NCBI GenBank assembly: GCA_965242865.1
Contig: CBDETK010000013.1
Location: 3,808,001 to 3,872,000 of the forward strand
Direction of reading: 5' to 3'
Origin: Candidatus Latescibacterota bacterium
GTDB taxonomy: Bacteria > Latescibacterota > UBA2968 > UBA8231
Length of the DNA stretch: 64,000 nt
Both the position numbers and the translations under genes were made by a program. Below the pieces are notes generated by a model that did not search any database, was not told the origin of the DNA, and was given only the letters and a program-made list of their open reading frames with translations. Shown here piece after piece: positions 39,898 to 52,092 of the stretch; position 1 is the stretch's first letter, and each line of letters begins with the position of its first letter.

Positions 39898-41136
39898 GTG
39901 AAGACTCATGTCACAGAAAAAGGCCCGTGGACGCGCGAGCTCGCCGTTGAAGTCGAGGCCGCACGCATCGACGCCGCCTTCAACAAGGCCCTGCGCCGAT
40001 ACCAAAAGCGGCTGGAGCTTCCGGGCTTTCGCCGGGGCAAAGTGCCGCTCAGAATCGTCGAGGCGCGCTTTGGCGATTCCATTCGCGGGGAGGTTCTCGG
40101 CGATCTCCTCCCCTCCTTGCTAGAAGAAGCCGCCCAAGCGGCCGGCCTACAGCCGGCCGCGCCCCCCAAAATCTCCCAGATCGACCACGAGCCCAAAGGC
40201 GGCCTGACGTTTACGGCCGACCTCGACATCTGGCCCGAGATCAAGGCCGAGCACTACGAAAACCTCGCCGCGACCCGCATGGTTCACGAGGTGTCCGACG
40301 AGGAAGTCAGCGAGCATCTAGAAGAGCTGCGCCGCCGCCACGCCACCGAACGAGTCGTCGAGCGGCCCGTGGCCAAAGGCGATGTGCTCGTGGCGGACAT
40401 GCAGCGCCTCGACGCTAGCGGCCTGCCGGTCATTGGCGATAAGTACGAGAAGAACCACATCCTCGTCGGCGACCAAGACGCCCTCAGCCCGGAGTTTGAC
40501 GAGGCCCTCGTCGGCATGGGCGCCGGCGAAGAGCGCAACATTCGCTTCGCCTATCGAGCAGACCTGCCCAACGACCAGCTCGCTGGCCAGACCGTGCATT
40601 TCGCGGTGGCAGCCCACGAGGTGCGCGAACGCACCCTGCCCGCGCTCGACGACGAGTTCGCCAAGGATCTCGGCGAGCAGTTCCAGACCCTTGAGGACTT
40701 GCGCGAGCACCTCGGCGTGCAGATCCAAGTGAACTGGGACTCCATGGCCCACCAGCGCCTGCGCAGCGAGTTGATCAGCCAGCTCATCGCAAAAAACGAC
40801 TTTGAACTGCCCGACAGCATCGTCGATAACTACCTCCTCTCGCTCGAGGAGGAGCAGGCCGACCCCGATTACGACCCCGACCCCGACTCCAGCTACAGCG
40901 ACGAAGAGCGCGAACAAGCCACGCGCCAGCTCAAGAGCTTCCTCCTGATCGAAAGCGTGCGCGAACAAGTCGGGATCGAAGTAACGGACGAGGAGTTTGC
41001 CCAATTCACCGCCAACCGCGCCCGCACCCAACCGGCCGAGGCCCGGGACGCAGATCGATTGCGGCGCGAATTAGCACACCATAAGGTCTTTGAGTTGCTC
41101 ATCGCCAAAGCCAAAATCACAGAGGAAAAGGTATAG
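39898..41136 (+). CDS. tig: Trigger factor
   Basis: PGFRRGKVP ribosome-binding motif, FKBP-like region and LDDEFAKD. Confidence 0.95.
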   Translation: MKTHVTEKGPWTRELAVEVEAARIDAAFNKALRRYQKRLELPGFRRGKVPLRIVEARFGDSIRGEVLGDLLPSLLEEAAQAAGLQPAAPPKISQIDHEPKGGLTFTADLDIWPEIKAEHYENLAATRMVHEVSDEEVSEHLEELRRRHATERVVERPVAKGDVLVADMQRLDASGLPVIGDKYEKNHILVGDQDALSPEFDEALVGMGAGEERNIRFAYRADLPNDQLAGQTVHFAVAAHEVRERTLPALDDEFAKDLGEQFQTLEDLREHLGVQIQVNWDSMAHQRLRSELISQLIAKNDFELPDSIVDNYLLSLEEEQADPDYDPDPDSSYSDEEREQATRQLKSFLLIESVREQVGIEVTDEEFAQFTANRARTQPAEARDADRLRRELAHHKVFELLIAKAKITEEKV

Positions 41137-41138
41137 TC

Positions 41139-41747
41139 ATGTCGCTGATTCCAATGGTCATCGAACAGACGGGCCGGGGCGAGCGCTCATACGACATCTA
41201 CTCGCGGCTGCTCAAGGACCGCATCGTCTTCGTGGGCACTCCGATCAACGACGCGATTGCCAACCTCGTTATCGCCCAGATGCTCTTCCTCGCTTCTGAG
41301 GATCCCCAAAAGGACATCGCGCTCTATCTCAACACCCCCGGCGGGCTGATCTCGGCCGGCATGGCCATCTACGACACCATGCAATACGTAGCCTCGGACA
41401 TATCCACGATCTGCATCGGCCAAGCGTCCAGCATGGGCGCCGTGCTGTTGGCCGGCGGCGCCAAGGGCAAGCGCCAAGCCCTGCCCAACGCCCGCGTCTT
41501 GCTGCACCAGCCCATGGGCGGGATCGGCGGCCAAGCGGCCGACATGGAGATCCACGCCCGCGAGATCATCGCCATGCGCCAGCAGATCAACGAGGTGCTC
41601 GTGGAGTGTACCGGGCAGCCGCTCGCGCGCATTGAGCGCGACACCGAGCGCGACTTTTTCATGTCGGCCGCCGCGGCCGTCGAATACGGCATCATCGACG
41701 AAATCATCGCTCCATCGCGCGTCGAGGTAGCCCCCTCCTCAGTATAG
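41139..41747 (+). CDS. clpP: ATP-dependent Clp protease proteolytic subunit
   Basis: [19 protein letters not shown] and HQP. Confidence 0.97.
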   Translation: MSLIPMVIEQTGRGERSYDIYSRLLKDRIVFVGTPINDAIANLVIAQMLFLASEDPQKDIALYLNTPGGLISAGMAIYDTMQYVASDISTICIGQASSMGAVLLAGGAKGKRQALPNARVLLHQPMGGIGGQAADMEIHAREIIAMRQQINEVLVECTGQPLARIERDTERDFFMSAAAAVEYGIIDEIIAPSRVEVAPSSV

Positions 41748-41762
41748 GTATAGGAGTCCATT

Positions 41763-43013
41763 TTGCGTCGTCGCCCTCCCAAAAGCGATCCGCGCTGCTC
41801 GTTCTGCGGGCGCAGTAACAACCAAGTTGATAAGATCATAACCGGCCCGCAGGCTTACATCTGCAACGAGTGCGTCAAGCTGTGCAACGACATAATGGCC
41901 GAAGAGCGGCAAAAGACCCTCCCTTGGGAGACCGCCGAGATGCCGAAGCCGAACCAAATCAAGGACTTCCTCGACGAGTACGTGATCGCCCAAGAGCGGG
42001 CCAAGAAAATTCTCGCGGTTGCCGTGTACAACCACTACAAGCGCATCCGCACCAAGGTTGACTTAGACGAGGTCGAGCTCGAAAAGAGCAACGTCCTGCT
42101 CATCGGCCCCACCGGCACCGGCAAGACCGAACTGGCCAAAACGCTGGCCAAATTTCTGCAAGTCCCCTTTTCCATTGCCGACGCGACCATTCTCACCGAG
42201 GCGGGCTACGTGGGCGAGGACGTGGAGAACATCCTCGTGGGCCTTTTGCAAGCGGCCGATTACGACGTGCCCCGCGCCGAAAGGGGCATCCTCTATCTCG
42301 ACGAGGTCGATAAGATCGCCCGCAAGAGCGCCGCGCCTTCGGTCAGCCGCGATGTGTCGGGCGAGGGCGTCCAGCAAGCCCTGCTCAAAATTTTGGAAGG
42401 CACCACCGCCAACATCCCCCCCAAGGGGGGCCGCAAGCACCCTGAACAGCCGATGATCCAGATGGATACCCGCAACATTCTCTTCGTCTGCGGCGGGGCT
42501 TTCGAGGGGCTAGACAAGGTCATTAGCCAACGGGTCGGCAAGCGCACCATGGGCTTTGGTGCCGACAGCGACGACGAGCGCAACGCCGACCCCCCAGACG
42601 TATTGCCGCTGGTACAGCCCGAAGACCTGCTCGCCTACGGCATGATCCCCGAATTTGTCGGCCGCATCCCAGTAATCACCACCATGGACTCGCTCGACGC
42701 CGACGACTTGCTCCGCATCCTCACTGAGCCGCACGACGCCATCATCAAGCAGTCGCAGCGGCTCTTCGCTATGGACGGCGTCGAGGTCGAATTCACCGAG
42801 GAATCCCTGCACAAAATCGTGGCGCTGACCGTTGACAAAGGCACCGGGGCCCGCGGCCTGCGCTCCGTCCTAGAGCAGGCCATGATGGACATCATGTTCG
42901 ACGTCCCCTCTCAAGAGGGGGTGACGCATCTGCAAGTTACGGGCGAAATGATCGAGACCGGGATCGAGCAGTACCGCAGCGAAGACGAAGCAATGCAGCG
43001 CAAACGCGCCTGA
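41763..43013 (+). CDS. clpX: Clp protease ATP-binding subunit
   Basis: CSFCG zinc finger, [22 protein letters not shown] and MGF loop. Confidence 0.97.
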   Translation: MRRRPPKSDPRCSFCGRSNNQVDKIITGPQAYICNECVKLCNDIMAEERQKTLPWETAEMPKPNQIKDFLDEYVIAQERAKKILAVAVYNHYKRIRTKVDLDEVELEKSNVLLIGPTGTGKTELAKTLAKFLQVPFSIADATILTEAGYVGEDVENILVGLLQAADYDVPRAERGILYLDEVDKIARKSAAPSVSRDVSGEGVQQALLKILEGTTANIPPKGGRKHPEQPMIQMDTRNILFVCGGAFEGLDKVISQRVGKRTMGFGADSDDERNADPPDVLPLVQPEDLLAYGMIPEFVGRIPVITTMDSLDADDLLRILTEPHDAIIKQSQRLFAMDGVEVEFTEESLHKIVALTVDKGTGARGLRSVLEQAMMDIMFDVPSQEGVTHLQVTGEMIETGIEQYRSEDEAMQRKRA

Positions 43014-43028
43014 TCTCCCGCTCCAGCG

Positions 43029-43622
43029 ATGCGCTTTTCCTCGGTCGAATTCAAAATTGGCGCGGTCCGCACGGCCGATCTGCCCAAGGACGGCTTGCCC
43101 GAAATCGCCCTAGTGGGCCGCTCCAATGTCGGCAAGTCCTCGCTGATCAACCGGCTGGTCCAGCGCAAGCAGTTGGCGCGCACGAGTGCCGTACCCGGCA
43201 AGACCCAGCAGTTAAATTACTACCTAGCCAATCGGCGGTTCTACTTGGTTGACTTGCCCGGTTACGGGTACGTGCGCGGCGGCGTGGGCTTGCGCTTGCA
43301 GCTCGGCCAGCTCATCCGCAGCTACATGGCCCAGCGCGCGGCATTGTGTGCCGTGTTGCAGCTCGTCGATGCCCGGCGCGGCCCCACCGATTTGGACCGG
43401 CAGATGATCGACCACTTGCGCGCGCTCGACAAGCCCTTCCTGTTGGTCTTTACCAAGGCCGATAAGCTGTCGCGCAACAAGCTGCAACGCCTGTTCGACC
43501 AGCTCGACGCCCAAGGATCGCTCGCCGGCCTTTCGTTTGTGCCCTTCTCGGCGGTCAATGGCCGCGGGCAGAACGACATCGCCGGGTGGATCGCCGAGGC
43601 ACTAAGCGGCAACGCAACCTGA
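43029..43622 (+). CDS. engB: Ribosome biogenesis GTPase YihA/EngB
   Basis: GRSNVGKSS, DLPGYG and TKADK. Confidence 0.95.
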   Translation: MRFSSVEFKIGAVRTADLPKDGLPEIALVGRSNVGKSSLINRLVQRKQLARTSAVPGKTQQLNYYLANRRFYLVDLPGYGYVRGGVGLRLQLGQLIRSYMAQRAALCAVLQLVDARRGPTDLDRQMIDHLRALDKPFLLVFTKADKLSRNKLQRLFDQLDAQGSLAGLSFVPFSAVNGRGQNDIAGWIAEALSGNAT

Positions 43623-43632
43623 AGAGGACCCG

Positions 43633-45213
43633 TTGAAAGTATTGATCAGCGACAAAATGGACCCGCGCTGCGTCGAGATTCTCCAAGCCAATGCCGGGAT
43701 CACAGTGGATGTGTGCAGTGGGTTGTCGCCGAGCAGGCTCATAGACTGCATCGGCAACTACGAAGGACTCGTCGTGCGCAGCGCGACCAAAGTGACGGCC
43801 GAGGTGCTCGCCGCGGCGGCGCGCCTGCGGGTCATTGGCCGCGCTGGCACTGGCTTCGACAACATCGACGTACCAGCGGCCACGCGCCACGGCGTCATCG
43901 TCATGAATACCCCAGGCGGCAATTCCCTATCGACCGCCGAGCACACGTTCGCGCTCATAGCCTCCTTGGCGCGGCACATCCCCCAAGCGACGGCCTCGCT
44001 TAAAAAGGGGTTGTGGGAACGGAGCCAATTCGTCGGCGTTGAGCTGGCGGGCAAAACGCTCGCGGTGATCGGCTTGGGCCAAGTGGGGCGAGCCGTGGCG
44101 GCCCGCGCAGCGGCCTTTCAGATGGAGGTCCTCGGCTACGATCCCTACATCGGCCAAGAGGTCGCCCTTTCCTGCGGCGCGCAGCTCGCCTCCCTCGACG
44201 CCATCTACGCGACCGCGGATTTTATCACCGTCCACACCCATCTCAACGACCAGACCCGGCACCTGATTTCCGACGCCGAGCTCGCGCAGTGCAAAGACGG
44301 GGTCTATCTAATCAACTGCGCCCGCGGCGGCATCGTGGACGAGGCGGCCCTCCTGCGCGGCTTGAACGCCGGCAAGGTCGCCGGCGCGGCCTTAGATGTC
44401 TTTGAGGAGGAGCCACCGCCCCTCGCGGACCTCTTGGTTGACGACCGCGTGATCTGCACGCCGCATTTGGCGGCCTCCACCAAAGAAGCCCAAGCCAACG
44501 TCGCCTTGCAGGTGGCCGAGCAGGTCGGCGATGTGCTGATGGGCCGCGTCATTCGCAACGCGGTCAACGCCCCTTCGGTCGATCCCGAAACCTACGGCAA
44601 ACTACAGCCGTACCTCGGGCTAGCCGAGCGGCTAGGGCGCATACAAGCCCAACTCGGCGCGGGCCAGCTAGAGCGCATCACCATCGAATACCAAGGCGAC
44701 GTCACGGCCTACCCCACTTCGCCGCTGACCTCGGCCGTCCTCAAGGGCATTATGGAGACCGTGTCGGACGCATCCGTCAATGTGGTCAACGCGCTGCTCT
44801 TCGCGCAGGAGCGCGGCGTACAAGTCGATGAGCGGCTCAGTAGCGAGCACGAGGACTACGCCAGTCTCATCACGGTGGTGTACCACACCCACTTGGGGCA
44901 ACGCCTGCTCGCCGGCACGCTCTTCGGCAAGAGCGACCCGCGCCTCGTGCGCCTCGACGAGTACAGCTTTGACGCCGCCCCAGAGGGGCACATGCTCTTT
45001 TACGTCAACGACGATGTGCCGGGCATCATCGGCCAAATCGGCACGGTCATGGGGAGCCACGAGGTCAACATCGCCCAAATGTCGTGCGGGCGGCGCCAGA
45101 TGGGCGGTCAAGCACTGACCATCCTCAACGTCGATGACCCCATCACCACCGATGTAGTTGACGATATTCTCTCTCGGGAGTACATCTCCTGGGCCAAACA
45201 AGTCAGTCTTTAA
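43633..45213 (+). CDS. serA: D-3-phosphoglycerate dehydrogenase
   Basis: VRSATKV, INCARGG, TPHLAAST and ASB+ACT domains. Confidence 0.95.
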   Translation: MKVLISDKMDPRCVEILQANAGITVDVCSGLSPSRLIDCIGNYEGLVVRSATKVTAEVLAAAARLRVIGRAGTGFDNIDVPAATRHGVIVMNTPGGNSLSTAEHTFALIASLARHIPQATASLKKGLWERSQFVGVELAGKTLAVIGLGQVGRAVAARAAAFQMEVLGYDPYIGQEVALSCGAQLASLDAIYATADFITVHTHLNDQTRHLISDAELAQCKDGVYLINCARGGIVDEAALLRGLNAGKVAGAALDVFEEEPPPLADLLVDDRVICTPHLAASTKEAQANVALQVAEQVGDVLMGRVIRNAVNAPSVDPETYGKLQPYLGLAERLGRIQAQLGAGQLERITIEYQGDVTAYPTSPLTSAVLKGIMETVSDASVNVVNALLFAQERGVQVDERLSSEHEDYASLITVVYHTHLGQRLLAGTLFGKSDPRLVRLDEYSFDAAPEGHMLFYVNDDVPGIIGQIGTVMGSHEVNIAQMSCGRRQMGGQALTILNVDDPITTDVVDDILSREYISWAKQVSL

Positions 45214-45228
45214 GCACGGGAGTACGCA

Positions 45229-46506
<1,278 letters not shown>

Positions 46507-46507
46507 C

Positions 46508-47413
46508 ATGCTCCTCAAGGGCCGTTCCGCATCAAAGCCGCGCACCTTGCGCCGCCTCATCGCCGAAAAAACCGTGGCCCTGCCCGGGGCCTTTAACGCG
46601 CCCGTGGCCATGCTGGCCGAGCGCACCGGGTTTGAGGCCGTGTACATTTCCGGGGCCGGGCTGGCCAACGGCACGGCCGGCTATCCCGATGTGGGCCTGT
46701 TGGGCCTAGACGAAATGGCGCGGCAGGCCGGCTACATTGCCAACGCCGTGCAAGTGCCCTGCATCTGCGACGCAGACACCGGGTTTGGCGAGGTCTGGCA
46801 GGTGATGCGCACGGTGCGCGCTTATGAGCGCGAGGGCTTGGCCGGGTTGCACATAGAGGACCAAGTCATGCCCAAGCGCTGCGGCCATCTCGACGGCAAG
46901 GCCCTGATCGGGGCGGCGGACATGGAGCGCAAGATCGCCGCGGCCTGCGAGGCGCGGCAAGACCCGGACTTTGTGATCATCGCCCGCTGCGACGCCCGCG
47001 CGGTCGAGGGGTTTGAGCAGAGCGTCGAGCGCGGCCAACGCTACCTAGCGGCCGGCGCGGACGCGGTCTTTCCCGAAGCCATGCAGAGCCGCGAGGAATT
47101 TGCCCGCTACGCCGAGCGCGTCCAAGGCCCGCTCCTCGCCAACATGACTGAATTCGGCAAATCGCCGCACCTGTCGGTCGCGGAGTTCGCCGCCCTCGGC
47201 TATCGCCTCGTGATCTTTCCGCTGAGCGCGTTCCGCACCATGATGAAGGCCGTCGAAGGGCTGTTCCGCGAACTCAAGGAAAAGGGCACTTTAGAAGGTG
47301 CCCTCGGGCGGATGCAGACGCGGGACGAGCTCTACGAGCTACTCGGCTACCACGAATACACCCAATTAGACGCGGCGTTGGCCGCCCGCTTTCCCGAAAA
47401 GGACAACCCATGA
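46508..47413 (+). CDS. prpB: 2-methylisocitrate lyase
   Basis: DADTGFG, PKRCGH and LANMTEFGKSP. Confidence 0.92.
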   Translation: MLLKGRSASKPRTLRRLIAEKTVALPGAFNAPVAMLAERTGFEAVYISGAGLANGTAGYPDVGLLGLDEMARQAGYIANAVQVPCICDADTGFGEVWQVMRTVRAYEREGLAGLHIEDQVMPKRCGHLDGKALIGAADMERKIAAACEARQDPDFVIIARCDARAVEGFEQSVERGQRYLAAGADAVFPEAMQSREEFARYAERVQGPLLANMTEFGKSPHLSVAEFAALGYRLVIFPLSAFRTMMKAVEGLFRELKEKGTLEGALGRMQTRDELYELLGYHEYTQLDAALAARFPEKDNP

Positions 47414-48540
47414 CCGACCAATCCTACAGCCCCGGCCTCGAAGGCGTCATCGCCGGCGAGTCCGCCCTTTCGCGCATCGATCTCGAAATCAACCGCCTGA
47501 TCCTGTACGGCTACGACCTCGTGGAACTGACCGAAAACGCCCGCTACGAAGAGGTCGCTTACTTGCTGCTCTACGGCGAGTTGCCAACCGTTGCCGAGCT
47601 GGCGGCCTTCAACCAACAACTGCGCTCGCAGCGCGACCTGCCCGGCCCGGTGATCGAGCTGTTGCGCTCCGCGCCGGCAGACGCCCATCCGATGGACCTG
47701 CTGCGCACGGCCGTGTCGGCGCTGGCGTTTTTCGACGCTGAGACCCGCGACAACGCCCATCAAGCCAATGTGCGCAAGGCCGTGCGCCTGCTGGCCAAAA
47801 TTCCCACCGCCCTCGCTTACGGCTATCGCTTCTCGCAAAACCTAGAGCCGGTAGCCCCCAGCCCGGAGCTAGACCACGCGGCCAATTTGCTCTTCATGCT
47901 GCGCGGCGACCAACCGCCCGCGTACGAAGTAGAGGCCCTGAACGTCTCGCTGATACTCTACGCCGAGCACGGGTACAACGCCTCGGCCTTTACCGGGCGG
48001 GTGGTGGCCTCGACCTTGGCCGATCTGTACGCGGCCGTGACCGCGGCCATCGGCGCCCTGCACGGCCCCCTGCACGGCGGCGCCAACGAGGCCGCCATGC
48101 AGATGCTCTTGGAGGTGGATTCGCCGGCCGCGGCCGAGCAGTGGGTCCTCGACGCACTGGCGCAGAAGAAGAAGATCATGGGCTTTGGCCATCGGGAATA
48201 CAAAAGCGGCGACTCGCGGGTCCCGACGATGAAGAAGGTGGGCCGTCAGATCGCCACGGCCATCGGCGACACCCAGTGGCCCGACCTAGCCGATGTGGTC
48301 GAGGCGACGATGATGCGCGAAAAAGGAATTTTCCCCAACGTCGATTTCCCCTGCGCGTACACCTACTACATGATGGGCATTCCGATTCCGCTCTACACGC
48401 CCATCTTCGTGGCCAGCCGCGTGGTGGGCTGGGCGGCGCACGTGATCGAGCAGCACGACGCCAATAGGCTCATTCGCCCCAACCACATCTACACCGGGCC
48501 GGAGCACCGCGCATTTGTCGCGCTCGGCGAGCGGGGCTAG
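47410..48540 (+). CDS. prpC: 2-methylcitrate synthase / citrate synthase
   Basis: GPLHGGANE, MGFGHR, PNVDF; adjacent to prpB. Confidence 0.88.
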   Translation: MTDQSYSPGLEGVIAGESALSRIDLEINRLILYGYDLVELTENARYEEVAYLLLYGELPTVAELAAFNQQLRSQRDLPGPVIELLRSAPADAHPMDLLRTAVSALAFFDAETRDNAHQANVRKAVRLLAKIPTALAYGYRFSQNLEPVAPSPELDHAANLLFMLRGDQPPAYEVEALNVSLILYAEHGYNASAFTGRVVASTLADLYAAVTAAIGALHGPLHGGANEAAMQMLLEVDSPAAAEQWVLDALAQKKKIMGFGHREYKSGDSRVPTMKKVGRQIATAIGDTQWPDLADVVEATMMREKGIFPNVDFPCAYTYYMMGIPIPLYTPIFVASRVVGWAAHVIEQHDANRLIRPNHIYTGPEHRAFVALGERG

Positions 48541-49067
48541 CCACAGCCGCGCACGGCCAGCAACCAAGACCGCACAGAGAGCAAGAAACGCTGCACGTCA
48601 TCGCCCCGGTAGTCGGGATACGTCCACTCCAGAGGCTGGTAGCGTCCCCGCTGATAGAGCAGGGTCACCTCGGCGTAGAGCTGGGGGGCAATGCACACTC
48701 GGTGTCCAGCACCCTTGGTCGTAGCCAACATCAAGCTCTCGATTGAGAGCAGGCCCGGGTCGATATTGGCGCGGCGGCATCGCCCTTGGCTCATCGCCCG
48801 CTCCAGCGCCATGGTCTGCGCCTTGACGACCGCCAGTTCGGCCGGGTCGATCCGCTCGGCAAAGCACACGAGCTGTTTGCGGAGTCCCGCGCCCATTTCC
48901 GCTTCGTAGTACGAGGAAAAATCAAAATTGTATGTCGCACTCGCCGCCCGCAGGGGGCCGAAGCATTCGACGAGGCGTTCTGTGGCGTCGGCAAGCGTCT
49001 CCGCAGAGTTCGCTAATACCGCGCAGACTAGGGCGACGGGCGTGGAGGGTTGGAGATCAATGGGCAT
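48537..49067 (-). CDS. DUF4416 family protein
   Basis: YYEAEMG, RRANIDPG, LATTK...HRV and WTYPDY. Confidence 0.8.
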   Translation of the reverse strand: MPIDLQPSTPVALVCAVLANSAETLADATERLVECFGPLRAASATYNFDFSSYYEAEMGAGLRKQLVCFAERIDPAELAVVKAQTMALERAMSQGRCRRANIDPGLLSIESLMLATTKGAGHRVCIAPQLYAEVTLLYQRGRYQPLEWTYPDYRGDDVQRFLLSVRSWLLAVRGCG

Positions 49068-49127
49068 CTTGCAACCCCTGCGGCGGGATTGGGAGAGTAG
49101 TTGGGGATGTAAGGTAATCTAAGGGTT

Positions 49128-50258
49128 TCAAGCCGAGTCGTCTGGCCTGATATCTTCCAGTATAATATGTTCGCTAGTACGAACACCTTGTATTATCACG
49201 TGCGAACCCCACATAGGACGCACAATGTCATTCATCATACCTTGTGGCACCTGTACGGTGTGGTTTTCGTTTCCGTCAATAACTTGTATGACACTGCTGT
49301 CTTTGCGCATCGCATCCGCGTGGCGTAATATTCCGCGTATTTCTACAGGTTCGCTTGGAGTCTGCTGCGGCTCGACCTGCGGCACCAGCATTTCTGGTGG
49401 CAGCGATGGAAGCTCCGCCGCCGGTATGGTAAGCCCTACAGAACGTTGTTCTCCGCTGCGAATTGCGGTAAACCCTACTTGGCTGATTCGCTCGCCATCG
49501 GGTGCGATTTTTCTCGCCAGAACAAAGAAGTTTCGCAGATAAGCGGGGTCGGGAATGCGCTGCTGTATTTCGGTAGTGCGGGACGTATTGACCAACCTGA
49601 GCAGATCCATAAACTCATCGATGATAGCAGTAGTCTCAAGCATTCTGTGCGAAGGTGGTTGAAGGGACTTGCCGAATCTAAGCGTCACTGCAAAACTTCC
49701 GCTCCTAGGCACGGAAACTAGCGTTTGGTAATTTTCCCGTATTGCTTTGGGTACACTCCCTCTCTCTCGGAAAGGCCGGCTTTGCCTTCGCTCAACAGTG
49801 CGGTAAATCAGTTTTGAGGCACTACTGATACGCTCATATATTTCCTCTACGTTGACAAAACCATTCCCCACTTCTCGACCTGAGAGACTCATCTGAATCT
49901 CATCCTCCTGCAAAGTAATGCCTTTCAGGTCGAGGTGCCTTTGGAAGTGGAGCTGTTCCCAAAGGTCGCGCAACTCCTCTGCAATCGCTGGATGCGGTTC
50001 CTGCGCTAGGGCAGTGGCTACTATTTTCTCGGCTTGGCGAAAATCTCGACAATCCAATGCCAAAGTACCAGCACTGCGATGCAACACCGCCCAAGCCAAT
50101 CCCTCTGTTGTGTCCAGTTTGTCAATAGCAGCCAATTCATATTCGAGTGCCTGCTCAAAATACACCCGTGATTCTTTCGCATTGCCGTGCGCCCTTTTTT
50201 TTAAGCCGCGGTCTGCGAATTCCATAGCCTTTTTGTGAAGATCATTAACCGAGTTCAT
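49128..50258 (-). CDS. Hypothetical protein: N-terminal TPR-like helical domain plus unknown C-terminal domain
   Basis: LHKKAMEFAD...VLHRSAGTLALDC...IAEELRDL; ATGA-coupled to the upstream gene; AT-richer DNA. Confidence 0.75.
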   Translation of the reverse strand: MNSVNDLHKKAMEFADRGLKKRAHGNAKESRVYFEQALEYELAAIDKLDTTEGLAWAVLHRSAGTLALDCRDFRQAEKIVATALAQEPHPAIAEELRDLWEQLHFQRHLDLKGITLQEDEIQMSLSGREVGNGFVNVEEIYERISSASKLIYRTVERRQSRPFRERGSVPKAIRENYQTLVSVPRSGSFAVTLRFGKSLQPPSHRMLETTAIIDEFMDLLRLVNTSRTTEIQQRIPDPAYLRNFFVLARKIAPDGERISQVGFTAIRSGEQRSVGLTIPAAELPSLPPEMLVPQVEPQQTPSEPVEIRGILRHADAMRKDSSVIQVIDGNENHTVQVPQGMMNDIVRPMWGSHVIIQGVRTSEHIILEDIRPDDSA

Positions 50259-50779
50259 TGCTTTTTTATTTCGGCAAGTGGCCGCCCGAATTCAACCACG
50301 ATTGCGTAAGCCGGTAATCCCAGAGCATTCGACCGATTCATCTGGCGCAATTTCTCCTGCACTCTTGCCCTGACTTGGCTGTCATTGCCATTTCGGATGC
50401 CGGATACTTCCATCCTTGCTTTGGAGTCTAGCACCCCCTCTCCGAGCTCCTCTCCGAGCAAATAATCGAATCCAGTGCCCTTTCGCGAACGCGATACAAC
50501 CGCGTAACCGATTTCCCGACTTGCCAGCAGGATGGCAATGCCGGCAGCACCGTCTTCGGTAGCTTCCTGATCGTCATTCCAAGTCCGGCGGGCTTGATTT
50601 GTGACCGGCGGCCAGTCTAGCCGATAGCTATTACTAACGCCATTGCGAACAGTAAGGCAAGCACCTCGTAGGTGACCCTGAGATTCTAGGCAAACGGCTC
50701 CGGCTTCGGCCAACTCGTTGCCCTTTGCCCGTGTGATACCGGGGATACTGTCAGTGTCCAGTTCGTTCAAATCCAGCAT
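50255..50779 (-). CDS. Hypothetical protein, putative PD-(D/E)XK-fold nuclease
   Basis: E(ATE)...GTGFDYLL...RMEVSG...KLRQ...IVVEF pattern. Confidence 0.65.
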   Translation of the reverse strand: MLDLNELDTDSIPGITRAKGNELAEAGAVCLESQGHLRGACLTVRNGVSNSYRLDWPPVTNQARRTWNDDQEATEDGAAGIAILLASREIGYAVVSRSRKGTGFDYLLGEELGEGVLDSKARMEVSGIRNGNDSQVRARVQEKLRQMNRSNALGLPAYAIVVEFGRPLAEIKKQ

Positions 50780-51024
50780 TTACCAATCCAGGAGTCGGAT
50801 CATGCGGTTGCCTCTTCGCCCAATGCAGTGCCCTTGACACGGCAGAGGTCTTTGAATAGGGAGTTTTGGTCTGTTAGTCAAGTAATATAATTCCTTTTGA
50901 ACATCGGCAAATGGGCAAATACAGCAGCTCCGAATTGTCCTTCAGTTTGTACTCGTTGCGTTTACAGCGCAAATCCTAGACATTGATCACTGATCACCAG
51001 AAATTACCATCAGGAAAGGCCACT

Positions 51025-52083
51025 ATGCGCGTAGAAGATCTCGACACGCCTGCCCTCCTCGTCGATCTCGACGGCTTGGAGGACAACCTCGACCGCTATC
51101 AACGCTACTTTGACGAGCACGGCATTGGCTTGCGGCCCCACATCAAAACCCACAAATGCGTGGCCATGGCCCATCTGCAAATGCGGCGTGGCGCGATCGG
51201 CATCACCTGCCAGAAGCTCGGGGAGGCCGAGGTCATGGCGGCGGGTGGGGTCGATCGCGACATTCTGATTCCCTACAACATCATCGGTGCCCAAAAACTG
51301 GCACGGCTGGTCGCGCTGGCGCGGCAAACCCGGCTAACGGTGGCGGCCGATTCCGCCTATACCGTGCAGGGGCTGGCCGAGGCTACCGCGGCCGCGGGCG
51401 TCACCTTGGGGGTGGTCGTCGAACTCGATCGCGGGCGCACGGGCGTAGGCTCGCCTGCGGCTGCAGTGGCCCTAGGCGAAAAAATTGATCGGGCCACCAA
51501 CATCGAGCTCCGAGGCATCATGTCCATGCCAGCGACGCCAGACATGCGACCGCTCATCCAAGAGACGCTAGCGCACTTTGACCGCCAGGGCCTGCCGCAT
51601 CCCATAGTCAGCGGCGGCAGCACGCCGGGTGCATTTATGGCGCACGAGATTCCCGAACTGACCGAGTACCGAGCCGGCGAGTACCCAGTCGGCGGCGTCG
51701 GCCATCTCCGCAGAGGCACCCACAGCGTCGAGCAGTGTGCTGGCCGGGTGCTGATGACCGTGGTCAGCCGGCCGACCGCGGACCGCGCCATCCTCGACGG
51801 GGGCAGCAAGTCGCTCAGCGCCGCGGTCCATCGCGCAGAGGATGGCTCGTCCATCATGGGCCACATCGTCGAGTACCCCCAAGCCGTCTTTTGCGGGGCC
51901 TCAGAGGAGCACGGGCAGGTCGATCTATCGGCCTGCGACGATAAGCCCCAAATCGGCGAACAGGTACAGGTGTTGCCCGTTCATCCCTGCCCCTGCTTCA
52001 ACGAACACGACCAGATCGTTGCCGTGCGCGGCGGCCGAGTGGAAGCCATCTGGCCGGTGGACGCCCGCGGGCAGATACGCTGA
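51025..52083 (+). CDS. D-threonine aldolase / D-serine dehydratase-like PLP enzyme (alanine racemase fold)
   Basis: LDTPALLVD, RPHIKTHK, SGGSTP, SEEHG and PVHPC. Confidence 0.88.
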   Translation: MRVEDLDTPALLVDLDGLEDNLDRYQRYFDEHGIGLRPHIKTHKCVAMAHLQMRRGAIGITCQKLGEAEVMAAGGVDRDILIPYNIIGAQKLARLVALARQTRLTVAADSAYTVQGLAEATAAAGVTLGVVVELDRGRTGVGSPAAAVALGEKIDRATNIELRGIMSMPATPDMRPLIQETLAHFDRQGLPHPIVSGGSTPGAFMAHEIPELTEYRAGEYPVGGVGHLRRGTHSVEQCAGRVLMTVVSRPTADRAILDGGSKSLSAAVHRAEDGSSIMGHIVEYPQAVFCGASEEHGQVDLSACDDKPQIGEQVQVLPVHPCPCFNEHDQIVAVRGGRVEAIWPVDARGQIR

Positions 52084-52092
52084 AAGGAGCGC

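Noticed and set aside
39746-39900. tRNA-Leu as an island integration site
   Set aside because: No duplicated tRNA 3' end or integrase; it is followed directly by tig in a common conserved arrangement.
40858-40890. GACCCC repeats in tig
   Set aside because: They encode a short acidic low-complexity loop in frame.
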